A stretch of 64,000 bases of DNA from Octopus vulgaris (Eukaryota), in the NCBI GenBank assembly GCA_951406725.2, contig OX597816.1, positions 143,034,001-143,098,000 of the forward strand, given 5' to 3'. Shown piece after piece: positions 1 through 11,295 of the stretch. Each line of letters opens with the position of its first letter. The stretch's first letter is position 1. The position numbers were made by a program, and so were the translations under genes. The notes beneath the pieces are model-generated. The model saw nothing but the letters and a program-made list of their open reading frames with translations. It ran no database searches and was not told where the DNA came from.

Positions 1-567
1 CTGTAATGATGCTTTGTGTATTTACAATCACAACTCATTGGGATCAAACATTATACCTTTTCATCCTTCCAGAATCAATTAAATAAGTGTCAGTACAATA
101 ATACTGGGTCAGCTAATTGCCAACCTTCCTTTCTCCTCCCAGTCCAAACTAGCTGTCACTTGGTACTATGGAAAGGTTCAGCAATTCACTGCTATTAGGA
201 GCAGAAGCAGACAGAGTAGTGTTATAACTAGCAAGTATCTTGTTAGCTTGGAATGCTAAGATTATTATAATACTCTTTTTCTCTCTCTCTGACAAAGCCT
301 GTTTACTAGAGACTAACATTGTTCATATCCAATAAGATGATATTTCTGAAACTGTTTAAAGGCTCTTACAGGCTGAAATAAGGTCCATTTATCTCTTACC
401 TGTGACTATTATTACTATGATTGCAAATCAATTAGAGAAACTCTATAAGGTTGTTCGACCTATTAGACATAATAGCAAAAAAACTCCCTCAGACCACACT
501 TTACAGCAAAGAAAGAAAGAAAGAAAGGGATAACAGAAATCTTAGATGCACTGCCTGAAATAAATGA

Positions 568-831
568 GAACTGCTAAGTTACGGGGATGTAAACACACCA
601 GCATCGGTTGTCAAGCGATGTTGGGGGGACAAACACAGACACACACATATATATACCTATACTTATATACGACAGGCTTCTTTCAGTTTCCATCTACCAA
701 ATCCACCCACATGGCTTTGGTCAACCTGAGGCTATAGTAGAAGACACTTGCCCAAGGTGCCACGCAGTGGGACTGAACCTGGAACCATGCGGTTGGTAAG
801 CAAGCTACTTACCACACAGCCACTCCTGCGC
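568..831 (-). mobile_element. SINE family A (octopus tRNA-derived SINE), 5' portion
   Basis: Reverse complement of GCGCAGGAGTGGCTGTGTGGTAAG...GGTTCAGTCCC (pol III A/B-box-like head) and CCTTGGGCAAGTG; matches the full copy at 8572-8970. Confidence 0.9.
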
Positions 832-867
832 TTTTGGTTAACTTGTTTTATTAATCATATTTATTTT

Positions 868-1013
868 ATTCTTTTACTTGTTTCAGTCATTTGACTGTGG
901 TCATACTGGAGCACCACCTTTAGTCAAGCAAATTGACTCCGAACTGCTAAGTTACAGGGACGTAAACACACCAGCATCGGTTGTCAAGCGATGTTGGAGG
1001 GACAAACAGACAA

Positions 1014-1046
<33 letters not shown>

Positions 1047-1050
1047 AATT
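868..1050 (-). mobile_element. SINE family A, 3' half with internal deletion
   Basis: Contains CTTTTACTTGTTTCAGTCATTTGACTGTGG tail and GAACTGCTAAGTTAC...GTTGTCAAGCG body shared with 8800-8970. Confidence 0.85.
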
Positions 1051-2619
1051 TATATAAATAAGGATAAGATTGTTAATATGATTGAACCATATTACTTTAT
1101 TACACTTCCTCTGTCTTTATTCATACAATATTGAATGCAGACCACCACCATTTTCCATAAATTTTAGTAATTTTATTCCAAATCAGCCACAGAAATATAT
1201 TTTATGGAAGTCATCTCACTCATATACTACTTTAAACCAAATCACTAATAGCTTTAACAGAATGTTAAAAGGCAAAGAAAAAAAGGGTCATCTTGTATAG
1301 GTTATAACTTTTCTTATATCATAAACTCACCAACTGGAACATATAGTCATATAGATTCCTTCTGCTATGTTTTCATCTCATCTTTTAAATGGTTTCTGTA
1401 AATGAAAAATAGATCTCATTTTTTATGTTTAGACTATACAAAAGAAGAAATAATAAGCATTTGCCTCTAGCTTGCTTGTTTGTTGTGTTCATTTTTTTTC
1501 TGTCTTTTCTTTATTTGTTCCTTATACATTTTACCCCCAACTGAATCATTAAAAATACAAGAGAAAAACATCACAACTTGGGAGGCCTTAAGTTTAAATT
1601 ATTGGTTTCAAGAGATTTTGTTGTTTTATTTTTATATTTCTTATTTTCTTTTTGTAATGATAATTTAGCTACATTTTATTCACCAAAAACCATGTGGATT
1701 ACTTCAAATCCTTTTAAAATAAAAAGAATAGAGGATCATTTGCTTTTCTTATCTCTGCTATCGCTATCTCTACCTCAGCTATATTTTCATTATGATTCAT
1801 ACAACAGCACATTTCAACAAAGGGGTCACAGCAAAACAGCCATTGTATTTTCACATCTTTGCTTTACATGAAATACATCAGCTTCAAAAGAGGAAACAAA
1901 AATTGTATTCATTCACATACATTTCACTGAGCCTGCACATGTTTTAGAAGTAAAATGTGTGATACAGCTGAATGTCTTTCGTCACACAAGGTAGCTTAAA
2001 CTAATACAACTATATTCTATCTTTGTGGATGTTCTGTTAATCTTTTTTTTAATCCATTGACCTGCAAGAGATTAAACTGGACATTCAACATACTAGCCTC
2101 ACCAGATTGTCCCACAATTTACAATCTAAGAAGAACTGGGGAAGATATAGACACACTCTCCTACTTTCTCTTCAGCCTAAACAATTTTTTGAAAAAGTGA
2201 AATTGATTCATATCTTTCACATATTAACCGAGTAGAGTTTTTAAAACAGTACATATTTCAGACACATTAGATAATTAGAATGGTACATATTTAAACATAT
2301 TAAGTAATGGAACTGTACACATATATTTCAAATGTATTAAGTAAATAAAACACATTTTCCTCATACTAAACATCTCAGACTGCTATTGTCATTATAAGAA
2401 TAATGACAATATTCACAGAGTAATGTGCAAAACTTAATTCTCATGTGGTATTTAGTTCCATACCCCTATGTTTTAAATTCACTGAAGCTGATTTTGTCTT
2501 TATCATACTTCAATTTATAAAACAGTCCCAGTAATGTTTTGTGGTCAATACAACAGACACTATTTCTTCCCTATAAATGTGTGATCCTGAGTTGATGGTA
2601 TAAATCATTCATATTATTA

Positions 2620-3050
2620 AGGCAGTGAACTGGCAGAAGCATTAGCAAGCCACACATTTTGTTCATTATTACATTTTGAGTTCAAATGCTGCTAGGGTCA
2701 TCTTTGCCTATCATACTTTTGGGTTTGATTAAATAAGTTCTAGTTGAATCCTAGGGTCAAAGAAATTGACATAACCCTCCCCCAAAATTGCTGGCCTTGT
2801 GCCAAACTTTGAAACCATTATTATTATAAGTAGAAGTAAGACAGCAAACTAGCAAAACCATTAGCACACCAGGGCAGATGCTTAGTGGTATTTCATCTGT
2901 CTTTACATTCTGTGTTCAAATTCCACCAAGGTCAACTTTACCTTTCATCCTTTTGTGGTTGGTAAAGTAAGTACCAGTTGAGCACTGGGATCAATGCAAT
3001 CAACTTACTCCTCCCTCAAAATTGCTGGCCTTGTATTTATTATTATTATT
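2620..3050 (+). mobile_element. Two tandem SINE family B copies (tRNA-like head plus Meta/Nin-like central domain)
   Basis: GGCAGTGAACTGGCAGAA head, GAGTTCAAAT B-box, CTTTGCCTTTCATCCTTT...AAATAAGTACCAG core, CCCCAAAATTGCTGGCCTTGTG tail; copies at ~2620-2828 and ~2838-3050. Confidence 0.8.
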
Positions 3051-3128
3051 AACTCTCACAAGACACTTAAGAGGCAGGTTTTGAGACTCACTTCCCCATC
3101 ACATTATTGGTGTAATATCTACTGTTCT

Positions 3129-3257
3129 CCACTGAGGTTGACTTTGCCTTTCATCCTTTCAGAGTCAATAAATTAAGTACCAGTTGTGTACTGCAGTCAA
3201 TCTAATCAACTGACCCCCTCCCCAAAAATTTCAGGCTTTGTGCCTAGAGTAGAAAAG
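3129..3257 (+). mobile_element. 5'-truncated SINE family B (tail 2) with 15-bp TSD
   Basis: Flanked by AATAT(C/A)TACTGTTCT at 3114-3128 and 3258-3272. Confidence 0.85.
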
Positions 3258-4529
3258 AATATATACTGTTCTTTAATTTCCCTTGAAACCTTCTTTTAAG
3301 AATATTGAGAGCCTTTAAATTTTTGCTTGTTTGTTTTCCTGCAAGTAAATATTGTCATCCATCACAACCAGTGAGAGAGCCTCTATGCCAATGGTTCTTG
3401 ACCACAAAGATGGCCTTTGGAGGGAGATAAGTCACTGAAAAGGTTGCGAATGGCAACAAAAGAACTATGACAAACAAAAGAATAATTAAAATAAAAACAA
3501 TTGACTTTTTAACCAACAAGTTAAACAAACAATTTATTAGTTAGTTGGATAGATATTTAACCAATTGACTAACGATAAAGAAGTGGAATTGAACTGGTGT
3601 GTGTGTATTATTGGTGTAATGACCTCCTAAGGCACAACAAAACCATTTAGAACCAATACATAAATATTTTGAGATAAAAAAAATTGAAACAGTTTCTTAT
3701 CAGTTTAGAATCCATGATGCACAACATAAAAGGCACATGTTTCACTGACCCTAAACCTAAAGGAACATTTTTTTAAAAATTGACCCATGTTATAAACAGT
3801 ACTAAGTAACCATCATGAATACCCCCACCCCAACGTAAAAACAATATCCCAGCTGACTGCACTGATATATGTGAGCTGTGACTGTGTTTCTCTCAGTAAG
3901 TCTGTTATATCCTTCACATCTCTGCTCTACCATGGATGATCAACACCTTCCTATCAAATTACTGAAACAAGTTGAGTTGTTCCAGGCTGTTGCTGCTGGT
4001 TGTTCTTATTAAATCCATACAAGCTACTAGTGATCTTGTGTCTGTCTTAAAAATCGTTATCATCATCATCATCATTATTGATGTTGAATTTTTTAATGAT
4101 GCTAATAATGATGATGGTTCATATAGTGGTGGTGGTAATGGTGACAAAAATGGTGAAGTAGGATGGAGGATAATGGTTTATGGTGGTGGTGGCAACAATG
4201 TAAATGTAGACAACATAGGAATGGATTGATAACATGCATTTACAAGAAATATACTTGTTAAATGGAAGGACGAAATATTGACAAATATTGACAACAGACA
4301 ACTTCCAAGCAGAGAAAAAGTAATAAATAACTAAACAACAAATTCTCAGAAAGGCACAAATATTTGAAAGAAAGGGGTTAGTTTATTATACTAACTAACC
4401 TCAGTACATTACTGATATTTAACTTATCCATTTTGGAAGAATGAAAGGTAAAAATCAACCATAGGGGAACTTGAACTTAAAACATAAAGGGTTATAACTA
4501 AATAACACAAAGGCTTTTCACTGATTCTT

Positions 4530-4557
4530 TGTGTGTGTGTGAAAGAGACAGATACAG

Positions 4558-4596
<39 letters not shown>

Positions 4597-4790
4597 AGAG
4601 AGAGAGAGAAGGAGAGAAAAGGAAGTACTTTTGTGCATAGGCATGTACTGTATATATGGACTTAATGTTTATTTGTGCATACATTCCATGGTCTTGGAAT
4701 TCAAATCCCATCACAGTTGGAGTTTTGTTGCTCTGGTTGACCATATATGTCTGCACCTGAAAAGTTCCTCTTCAGAGTGCAGAATCTAGA
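4530..4790. repeat. Local duplication copy 1: (GT)n-(GATA)n-(GA)n compound microsatellite plus ~165-bp unique cassette
   Basis: AAGTACTTTTGTGCATAGG...CCTGAAAAGTTCCTCTTCAGAGTGCA recurs at ~9946-10113 with ~90% identity by eye and no indels. Confidence 0.9.
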
Positions 4791-5419
4791 GCAAAATGTC
4801 TTTGATGAGGACCAACAGTTACCCATGCAGCAATTCTCCTTTCTCAATTCGATCAATGGCAAGGTATAATACAGTTTGATACCAGCTTCATCACAAAAGA
4901 ACCAACTCATAACATAAATTGTTAGAACAAATACCACAAAATACCATCTCTAATACCCTAAAAATTCAGGCAATGAACCACCCTGGATTGATACTTTATT
5001 TTATCAACTCTGGAATAATAAAAGACAAAACTAATATTAACAGGATTTGAACTCAGAATATAAAGAGCTAGAACAAATATGGAAAGTAATTTAGTCTGAC
5101 TCTCTAACAATTCTGGCAATCCATTGCCAATTAGATTGACTCCAGTATATTAGTGGTCCTTGTTTTATCAATCCTTTAAATAACGAAAAAGAAACATAAT
5201 GTTGACATTGATGGAATTAGAATTCTGACTGTAAAGAGAAGCGGCTAAATATTGTAAGATGTTTTGTCTTCTGCCACTTCAGCAAATCTGACATTCACCC
5301 AGGGCCATCTTGAGACATGAGCACACTGAGCAGTTAACTAGAGGTCTAACTGAATACTATTGGATCATTGATGCTACTAAGATGACCCTGCATTTACTGT
5401 CTTTTGTTTTCTTCTTTAA

Positions 5420-5640
5420 TATGATTTCTGACTTAAGCACAGGATCACACTTTTTCAAGGAGGAAGTATTCAATTTGATCCCTAGATCTCTATTTGACTG
5501 GTATTTATTTTATCAAGCATGGGAGGATGAAAGGAAAAGTTGGCACTGGTGGGATATGAACTCAAAACATAAAAAGACTTAATTAAGTACCATAAAGCAT
5601 TTTGTCTGAGCTTTACCAATTCTGCTGATCCACTGCCCTA
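5420..5640 (-). mobile_element. Diverged SINE family B (further decayed copies at ~4985-5280)
   Basis: GACTGGTATTTATTTTATCAA...GGATGAAAGGAAAAGTTG...GAACTCA is the reverse complement of the family B core. Confidence 0.7.
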
Positions 5641-6170
5641 AATAAATGACAATGATGGAGAAAACATTTTAAAAGGAAGTCAAGAGAAAAGCAAGAAACA
5701 TTTGTGACTAAGAAATGTGGAAATAGCAAACATTTTAGTGGTTTTTACAAAAAAACAGAAAATAATTTTTTAATAGATATTGTTATGTATGATATGTTGA
5801 AAGAAAGTAAATTAAAAAATGTTTCTCTTATCTAGAAAAGGAAATGCATCTTGTATTACTTATTCAAATGAATTTTTTTTCTACCTCTGCTAGATACATA
5901 GGTTCTACTCCCACACACACTGTGTGTGTGTGAACACATACACAAGCACACTCACAAACACATACATTCATTCACACATGTGCATACACAGAATTGGAAA
6001 AAACCTCTGAAACCAACAGAGGTAGAAAAAAGTTCATTTGAATAACATAGCCTCGTCCTCTTTTAATGCCTGTCTTCTGAGCTGACATGGGTTGGGCAGT
6101 TAGATAGGATCTGTTGGACCCAAGGACGGCATTGTGCTCCAATGTTTGCTTTGATATAATACAGTGTGTG

Positions 6171-6403
6171 AAAAGGCAGCAAGCTGGCAGAAACGTTAGC
6201 ACGCCGGGCAAAATGCATAGCCATATTTCATCTGCCGTTATGTTCTGAGTTCAGATTCCGCCGTGATCGACCTTGCTTTTCATCCTTTCGGGGTTGATTA
6301 AATAAGTACCAGTCAATCACTGGTGTCGATATAATTGACTTAATACCCTTGTCTGTCCTTGTTTGTCCCCTCTATATTTAGCCCCTGTGGGCAATAAAGA
6401 AAT
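6171..6403 (+). mobile_element. Full-length SINE family B (tail 1) with 17-bp TSD
   Basis: TSD ATATAATACAGTGTGTG at 6154-6170 and 6404-6420; head GGCAGCAAGCTGGCAGAAACGTTAGCACGCCGGGC. Confidence 0.92.
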
Positions 6404-6420
6404 ATATAATACAGTGTGTG

Positions 6421-6575
6421 TGTAAAAGTCAACAATGAGTTCAGCAACAAATTTAGAGTGAAGGTAGGTGTCTTCACTCCTCTCCTATACTTCATAGTTC
6501 TACAAGGCATCAAGAGGAGTTTAAGAATGGCTTTTCATGGGAACTCCTGCATGTTGGTGATCTAGTTCTTATAGC
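6421..6575 (+). mobile_element. RTE LINE reverse transcriptase fragment (decayed)
   Basis: Translates with frameshifts to VKVNNEFSNKFRVKVGV..PLLYFIVLQGI..EFKNGFSWELLHVGDLVLIA, i.e. the GVHQG..PLLF / PWELLYADDLVL region. Confidence 0.7.
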
Positions 6576-7289
6576 TTCCTGTAAAGGAGGGAGACCCTAA
6601 GTTTCTCTCTTCCACTGGTTTCACCCACATTCAGTAACCAGTACTCTATACAGCCTCCACCCTTGAACAGTGTCAAAAATGTTCAAGCATCTTAATATTC
6701 TGATATAAACGTAGTTGTATTGGAAATGTCAAATGAGTCGAAAGCTAGTGGCAGGATAATTATAGCTGAGAGTTCTCCAATGTTATAGAATTATTTTTTT
6801 TTTCCAATGAACTAGAAAATTCTGTACCATATATTATTGCATTAAGATTTCTTCTCACTCCAACATACTTATTGCAAGTCACTAGAAAAGGAGATTTTCA
6901 AAACTTAAACTCACTTACAATTAACAGCAAGTACAAACTAGCCCTGAGATGGCTACAATTTCTGTTGAGGAACAAATACATGAATTTAAAGGAACTTATC
7001 AAAACATTTGAAAGGTAAAAGCAAGGAAAAAAATTTTTTTTAGCAATTGTCACCAATTGTCCTATTAAATTTCTTTGGTGTTGCAGTGATTGCTAGCTTT
7101 TAGCTAATTCTTTTAGTGTAAGTTGTAGCCCATAGATCATTGTAACTTTTTCAGTGCAACTGAATTTGATAACCAGGCCAAGATAAGTCAGAAAAGGAAG
7201 AATGAAGGATGATAAAAGTTTGTTATTGTGTAATAGTGATTCAAATTGTGTTCTTGAACTTTACAATAAATTATATTTACACACAAGGC

Positions 7290-7378
7290 CTCCCTGTGTG
7301 ACACCTTTTTACTATAACTCCAGACCAACCAAAGCCCTGTGAGTAGATTTGGTAGACAGAAACTGAAAGAAGCCCATC

Positions 7379-7448
<70 letters not shown>

Positions 7449-7705
7449 AAGAGTGAGGGTGAGATTGAATGTTTATGCTCCTTGTCTTGACAACACGTGA
7501 TAGTTATAAATGAGTGTCACTGTCATACAAGTAGAGCCATTTATTTCCAATATTCTGCAACAACGTGTCTGGCTATAGGGAAATATTTTCTTGCTTGGAA
7601 ACAAGTGTTGTCAATAGGAGGGGTATCTGGATGTAGAAAATCTGCCACAAATAAACTCTGTCTGACCCATGCAAGCATGAAAAAGTGGATGTTGATGATG
7701 ATGAT
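7290..7705 (+). mobile_element. SINE family A variant with (GT)(GA) spacer and RTE-derived (ATG)n tail
   Basis: Family A body (ACCAAAGCCCTGTGAGTAGATTTGGTAGACAGAAACTGAAAGAAGCCC) followed by ...CCCATGCAAGCATGAAAAAGTGGATGTTGATGATGATG. Confidence 0.75.
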
Positions 7706-8045
7706 CATACATCTTACAGATGAATTAATAGATAGATTAATGGGTGTAGACAGGAAAACTTGTTGATAGGCAAGATGATGGAGAGGAGATTGGATGGTAC
7801 AGAATATAACCAAATGTGGCAAGGAATTTAAGTCTCAGTCTGCATGGAAACTTTGCACCGGCCCTGGTCATAGGGGATGCTCATAGCTGGCGTGCCTTTG
7901 ATCATAAGTCTGTTCAGTCAAAGCCACTCTGAGGCTAAACAGCAACAACAACAATTAATCATTAAATGGAGGATGATAGTAATGAAGACAGGCAGAATAT
8001 GATGATGATTGCAAAAGAGCAGAAAATGATTAAGAAATAGCTGTC

Positions 8046-8390
8046 CATCATCATCATTATTTAGCATCCATTATCCATGCTGCTAAGGGTTGGACATTGT
8101 GACCAGGGCTGACAAGCTGGAAGGCTACAGCAGACTCCAGTCTGATTTGGCATGGTTTCTATAACTCAATGTCCTTCCTAACGCCAACCACTCCGAGAGT
8201 GTAATGGGTGCTTTTACATGCTACTGGCACAAGTGCCATTTGCGTGACACCAATATCTGTCACAACTGGGATTTTACTAGGCTTGATGGGTTTTCTTCTC
8301 AAGCACAGCATAATGTCAAAGGTCTTGGTCATTGCCTCTATGGGGCCCAACACTCAAAAGGAGCGTTTCACATGCTTTTCAAGGAGCTTT
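8046..8390 (-). mobile_element. RTE LINE 3' UTR/tail fragment
   Basis: (CAT)n tail and CCTTCCTAACGCCAACCACTCCGAGAGTGTAATGGGTGCTTTTAC; reverse complement of 48935-49400. Confidence 0.85.
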
Positions 8391-8571
8391 TGTCTAGTTC
8401 ATAGAAGAAGAATTTAATATTTTAGTGGTGCTCCAACATGGCCTCAGCTAACCAGCTGAAACTAAGGATCTATAGCAAAAACATGAATAGTAAGAAGAAC
8501 AAATAAACACTAAGACAATGAATACAATATGCATACATACATAAAATATAATATATACATAGGCGTATAAT

Positions 8572-8970
8572 ATATACATAAGCATAAGAGTGGCTATGTG
8601 GTAAGGGGCTTGCTTACCAACCACATGGTTCTGGGTTCAGTCCCACTGTGTGGCAACTTGAGCAAGTATCTTCTACTATAGCCTTGGGCCAACCAAAGCC
8701 TTGTGAGTGGATTTGGTAGATGGAAACTGAAAGAAGCCTGTTGTATATATGTATGTGTGTGTGTATATCTTTGTGTACCTGTGTTTGTCCCCCCAACATC
8801 ACTTGACAACCGATGCTGGTGTGTTTACATCCCTGTAACTTAGCAGTTCGGCAAAAGAGACCGATAGAATAAGTACTCAGCTTACTAAGAATAAGTCCTG
8901 GGGTCTATTTGCTCGACTAAAGGCGGTGCTCCAGCATGGCCACAGTCAAATGACTGAAACAAGTATAAGA
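8572..8970 (+). mobile_element. Full-length SINE family A
   Basis: A-box-like TGGCTATGTGGTAAG, B-box-like GGTTCAGTCCC, CTTGAGCAAGT core, internal (TA)(TG) spacer, tail CAGTCAAATGACTGAAACAAGTATAAGAG. Confidence 0.92.
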
Positions 8971-9596
8971 GCATACATACATTATACATGCACAAGTATA
9001 TATAGGTATACATATTGTACACACCTGAAATTCATGAAAATAAGTTTGAAATCCTCTCACATTGAAGAGGATGACAACAATAGTAAGGGTGGTAATGATG
9101 ATGATGATGATGATGGTGGTCGTCGCTGGTGGTTGGTGGTAGTGGTTGGTGGTTGTTGTTTTAGGTGGTGGTGGTGGTGATGCTGGCAGAGGCGGTGGCA
9201 AAAAGGACAATAATGGTGGTAGGAGTGTGAATATATGAAAAAAAAAAACTGCACAAAAAGGAATACATAATGAAGTAATTTATATACAACACAGCTTCTT
9301 GAATCCTTTAACATTTTCAGATAGTAATATAGAGAGTACAGAAGGAAGGAGGAAGAAACTTGGGTGTGTATGAATGTTATAGTTTAAAAATAAGATTCTT
9401 TTGACAGCATGCACCTTAACAATAGACATTCTGGTCATTATGTATGGCTGGGAGTGGATGTTTACAGAAAAAAAATGAAGATAAATAGAGAAGCGAGGAA
9501 ACTGTTCTGTTATTGAGAAAGAAATAAAGGTTGTTGGACACAAAGACAGTCATAAATCTTCAGAATATATTATTGTTATTGCTGTTGTTATTGTTA

Positions 9597-9627
<31 letters not shown>

Positions 9628-9629
9628 GT

Positions 9630-9760
9630 TGTTCACTTCCCAACCACATGATTTCAGGTTCAGTCCCACTGCATGGCACCTTGTGAAAGTACCTTCTACT
9701 TTAGCTTTGAGTTAACCAAAGCCTTGTGGTCAGACTTGGTAGATTGAAACTGTCGTATAC
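9630..9760 (+). mobile_element. SINE family A head fragment
   Basis: CCCAACCACATGATTTCAGGTTCAGTCCCACTGCATGGCACCTTG. Confidence 0.75.
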
Positions 9761-9770
9761 AGATATGTAT

Positions 9771-9774
<4 letters not shown>

Positions 9775-9816
<42 letters not shown>

Positions 9817-9827
9817 GATAGATAGAT

Positions 9828-9907
<80 letters not shown>

Positions 9908-10113
9908 AGAGAGAGAGAGAGAGAGAGAGAGAGGAGGAGAGAAAAGAAGTACTTTTGTGCATAGGCCAGTACTATATATATGGAATTAATGCTTATTTGT
10001 GCATACACTCCATGGTCTTGGAACTCAAATCCCATCACAGTTGGAGCTTTATTGCTTAGGCTGACCATATATGTCTGCTCCTGAAAAGTTCCTCTTCAGA
10101 GTGCAAAGTCTAA
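9775..10113. repeat. Local duplication copy 2 of 4530-4790
   Basis: Same compound microsatellite, with a longer GATA run, and the same unique cassette. Confidence 0.9.
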
Positions 10114-10538
10114 ATTACATCTTTTTTAATTAGATGTGTAATGTAATCATCCAATTATTTTGTGTAAGTAAAATATTTGACAACCTAAGACAGTGTACAA
10201 TGTCTGTGCTTCGTCATCTTTATATAATTTTGATGCACATTCCCACAGGTCTTTCTGTTGCCTGAGTAATAAGACTATTGTATTTCTAAATATGCATTCA
10301 TCACAAAATATACAAAACCATTTAGCTGAATTCTTAGAGTCTCAGAGAAAATATCTTTGCAGTATCATGGCTCTTTACATCTGGGGTTCAAATCTTGTCA
10401 AGTTTTACTTTCATCCCTCCTGGGGTCAGTAAGATAGAGTATCTCTCAAGTAGCTATTCCGCTTCCTTTACATTGCTAATATATTTGGGAAAGGCATGAT
10501 AACCACAGCCCTGATTTTCTCTCTACATGTGACATTAA

Positions 10539-10758
10539 TCCTTTTGTTATCGTATTTCTGTTGAGATGCTCTGAGTTTCTTTCAATTACTTTAAATATAA
10601 CAAAGAATTTAGTAAAATAACTTGGTTATTATTCAACTGGTGTTAGGAACATAAATTGTGACTAAGGTTGGGTGGAAGATTTTAATTCAAAACTTATGAA
10701 AACAAGACATTTGTACTCAGAGCCAGAGGCGGTTTCAGCCGAGTTGGTAATGAAAGGG
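10539..10758. mobile_element. piggyBac-type MITE
   Basis: TTAA at 10535-10538 and 10759-10762; imperfect TIRs TCCTTTTGTTATC / GGTAATGAAAGGG; related right ends at ~33480-33570 and ~39355-39460. Confidence 0.8.
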
Positions 10759-10806
10759 TTAATAGTACTTATTAAACAACCCATTAATTATAGACTGTTA
10801 AATATT

Positions 10807-11022
10807 AGTTTCAGATTTTGGCACAAGGTCAGCAATTTTGTGGGTGGGGATAAGTTGATTACATCAACCTCAATGCTCAACAGTTACTTATTTTATTGGT
10901 TCTTAATTAAAGGGATGAAAGACAAAGTCAACCTCAGCAAAATTTGGACTCAGAACTCGGATGAAATGTCACTAAGCATTTTGCTTGGTGTGCTAATGAT
11001 TCTGCCAGCTTCCCACCTTTAC
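10807..11022 (-). mobile_element. SINE family B, full length, older
   Basis: Family B core and head; flanked by AGAC(T/A)GTTAAATATT at 10792-10806 and 11023-11037. Confidence 0.85.
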
Positions 11023-11037
11023 AGACAGTTAAATATT

Positions 11038-11203
11038 CTTTTCTACTCTTGGCACAAGGCCCAAAATTTTGGGGGAGGGAGCCAGTCAATTAGATTGACT
11101 CCAGTATGCAACTGGTACTTAATTTATCCACCCCGAAAGGATGAAAGGCAAAGTCAACCTTGGCAGAATTTGAACTCTGAACATAAAGACAGATGAAATA
11201 CCA
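11038..11203 (-). mobile_element. SINE family B (tail 2), 5'-truncated
   Basis: Flanked by AGACAGTTAAATATT at 11023-11037 and 11204-11218. Confidence 0.88.
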
Positions 11204-11295
11204 AGACAGTTAAATATTACAATAGTAATATACAACTATCTATTCTAACAATAGTAGATTGCATTGACAGCAACAATAGAAAAGATAAAAAGTGT

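Noticed and set aside
8585-8660. tRNA gene
   Set aside because: Only A/B-box-like motifs of a SINE head; no full cloverleaf
10672-11196. 174-aa ORF, the longest in the track
   Set aside because: Runs across a MITE and two antisense SINEs, so it is a chance open frame
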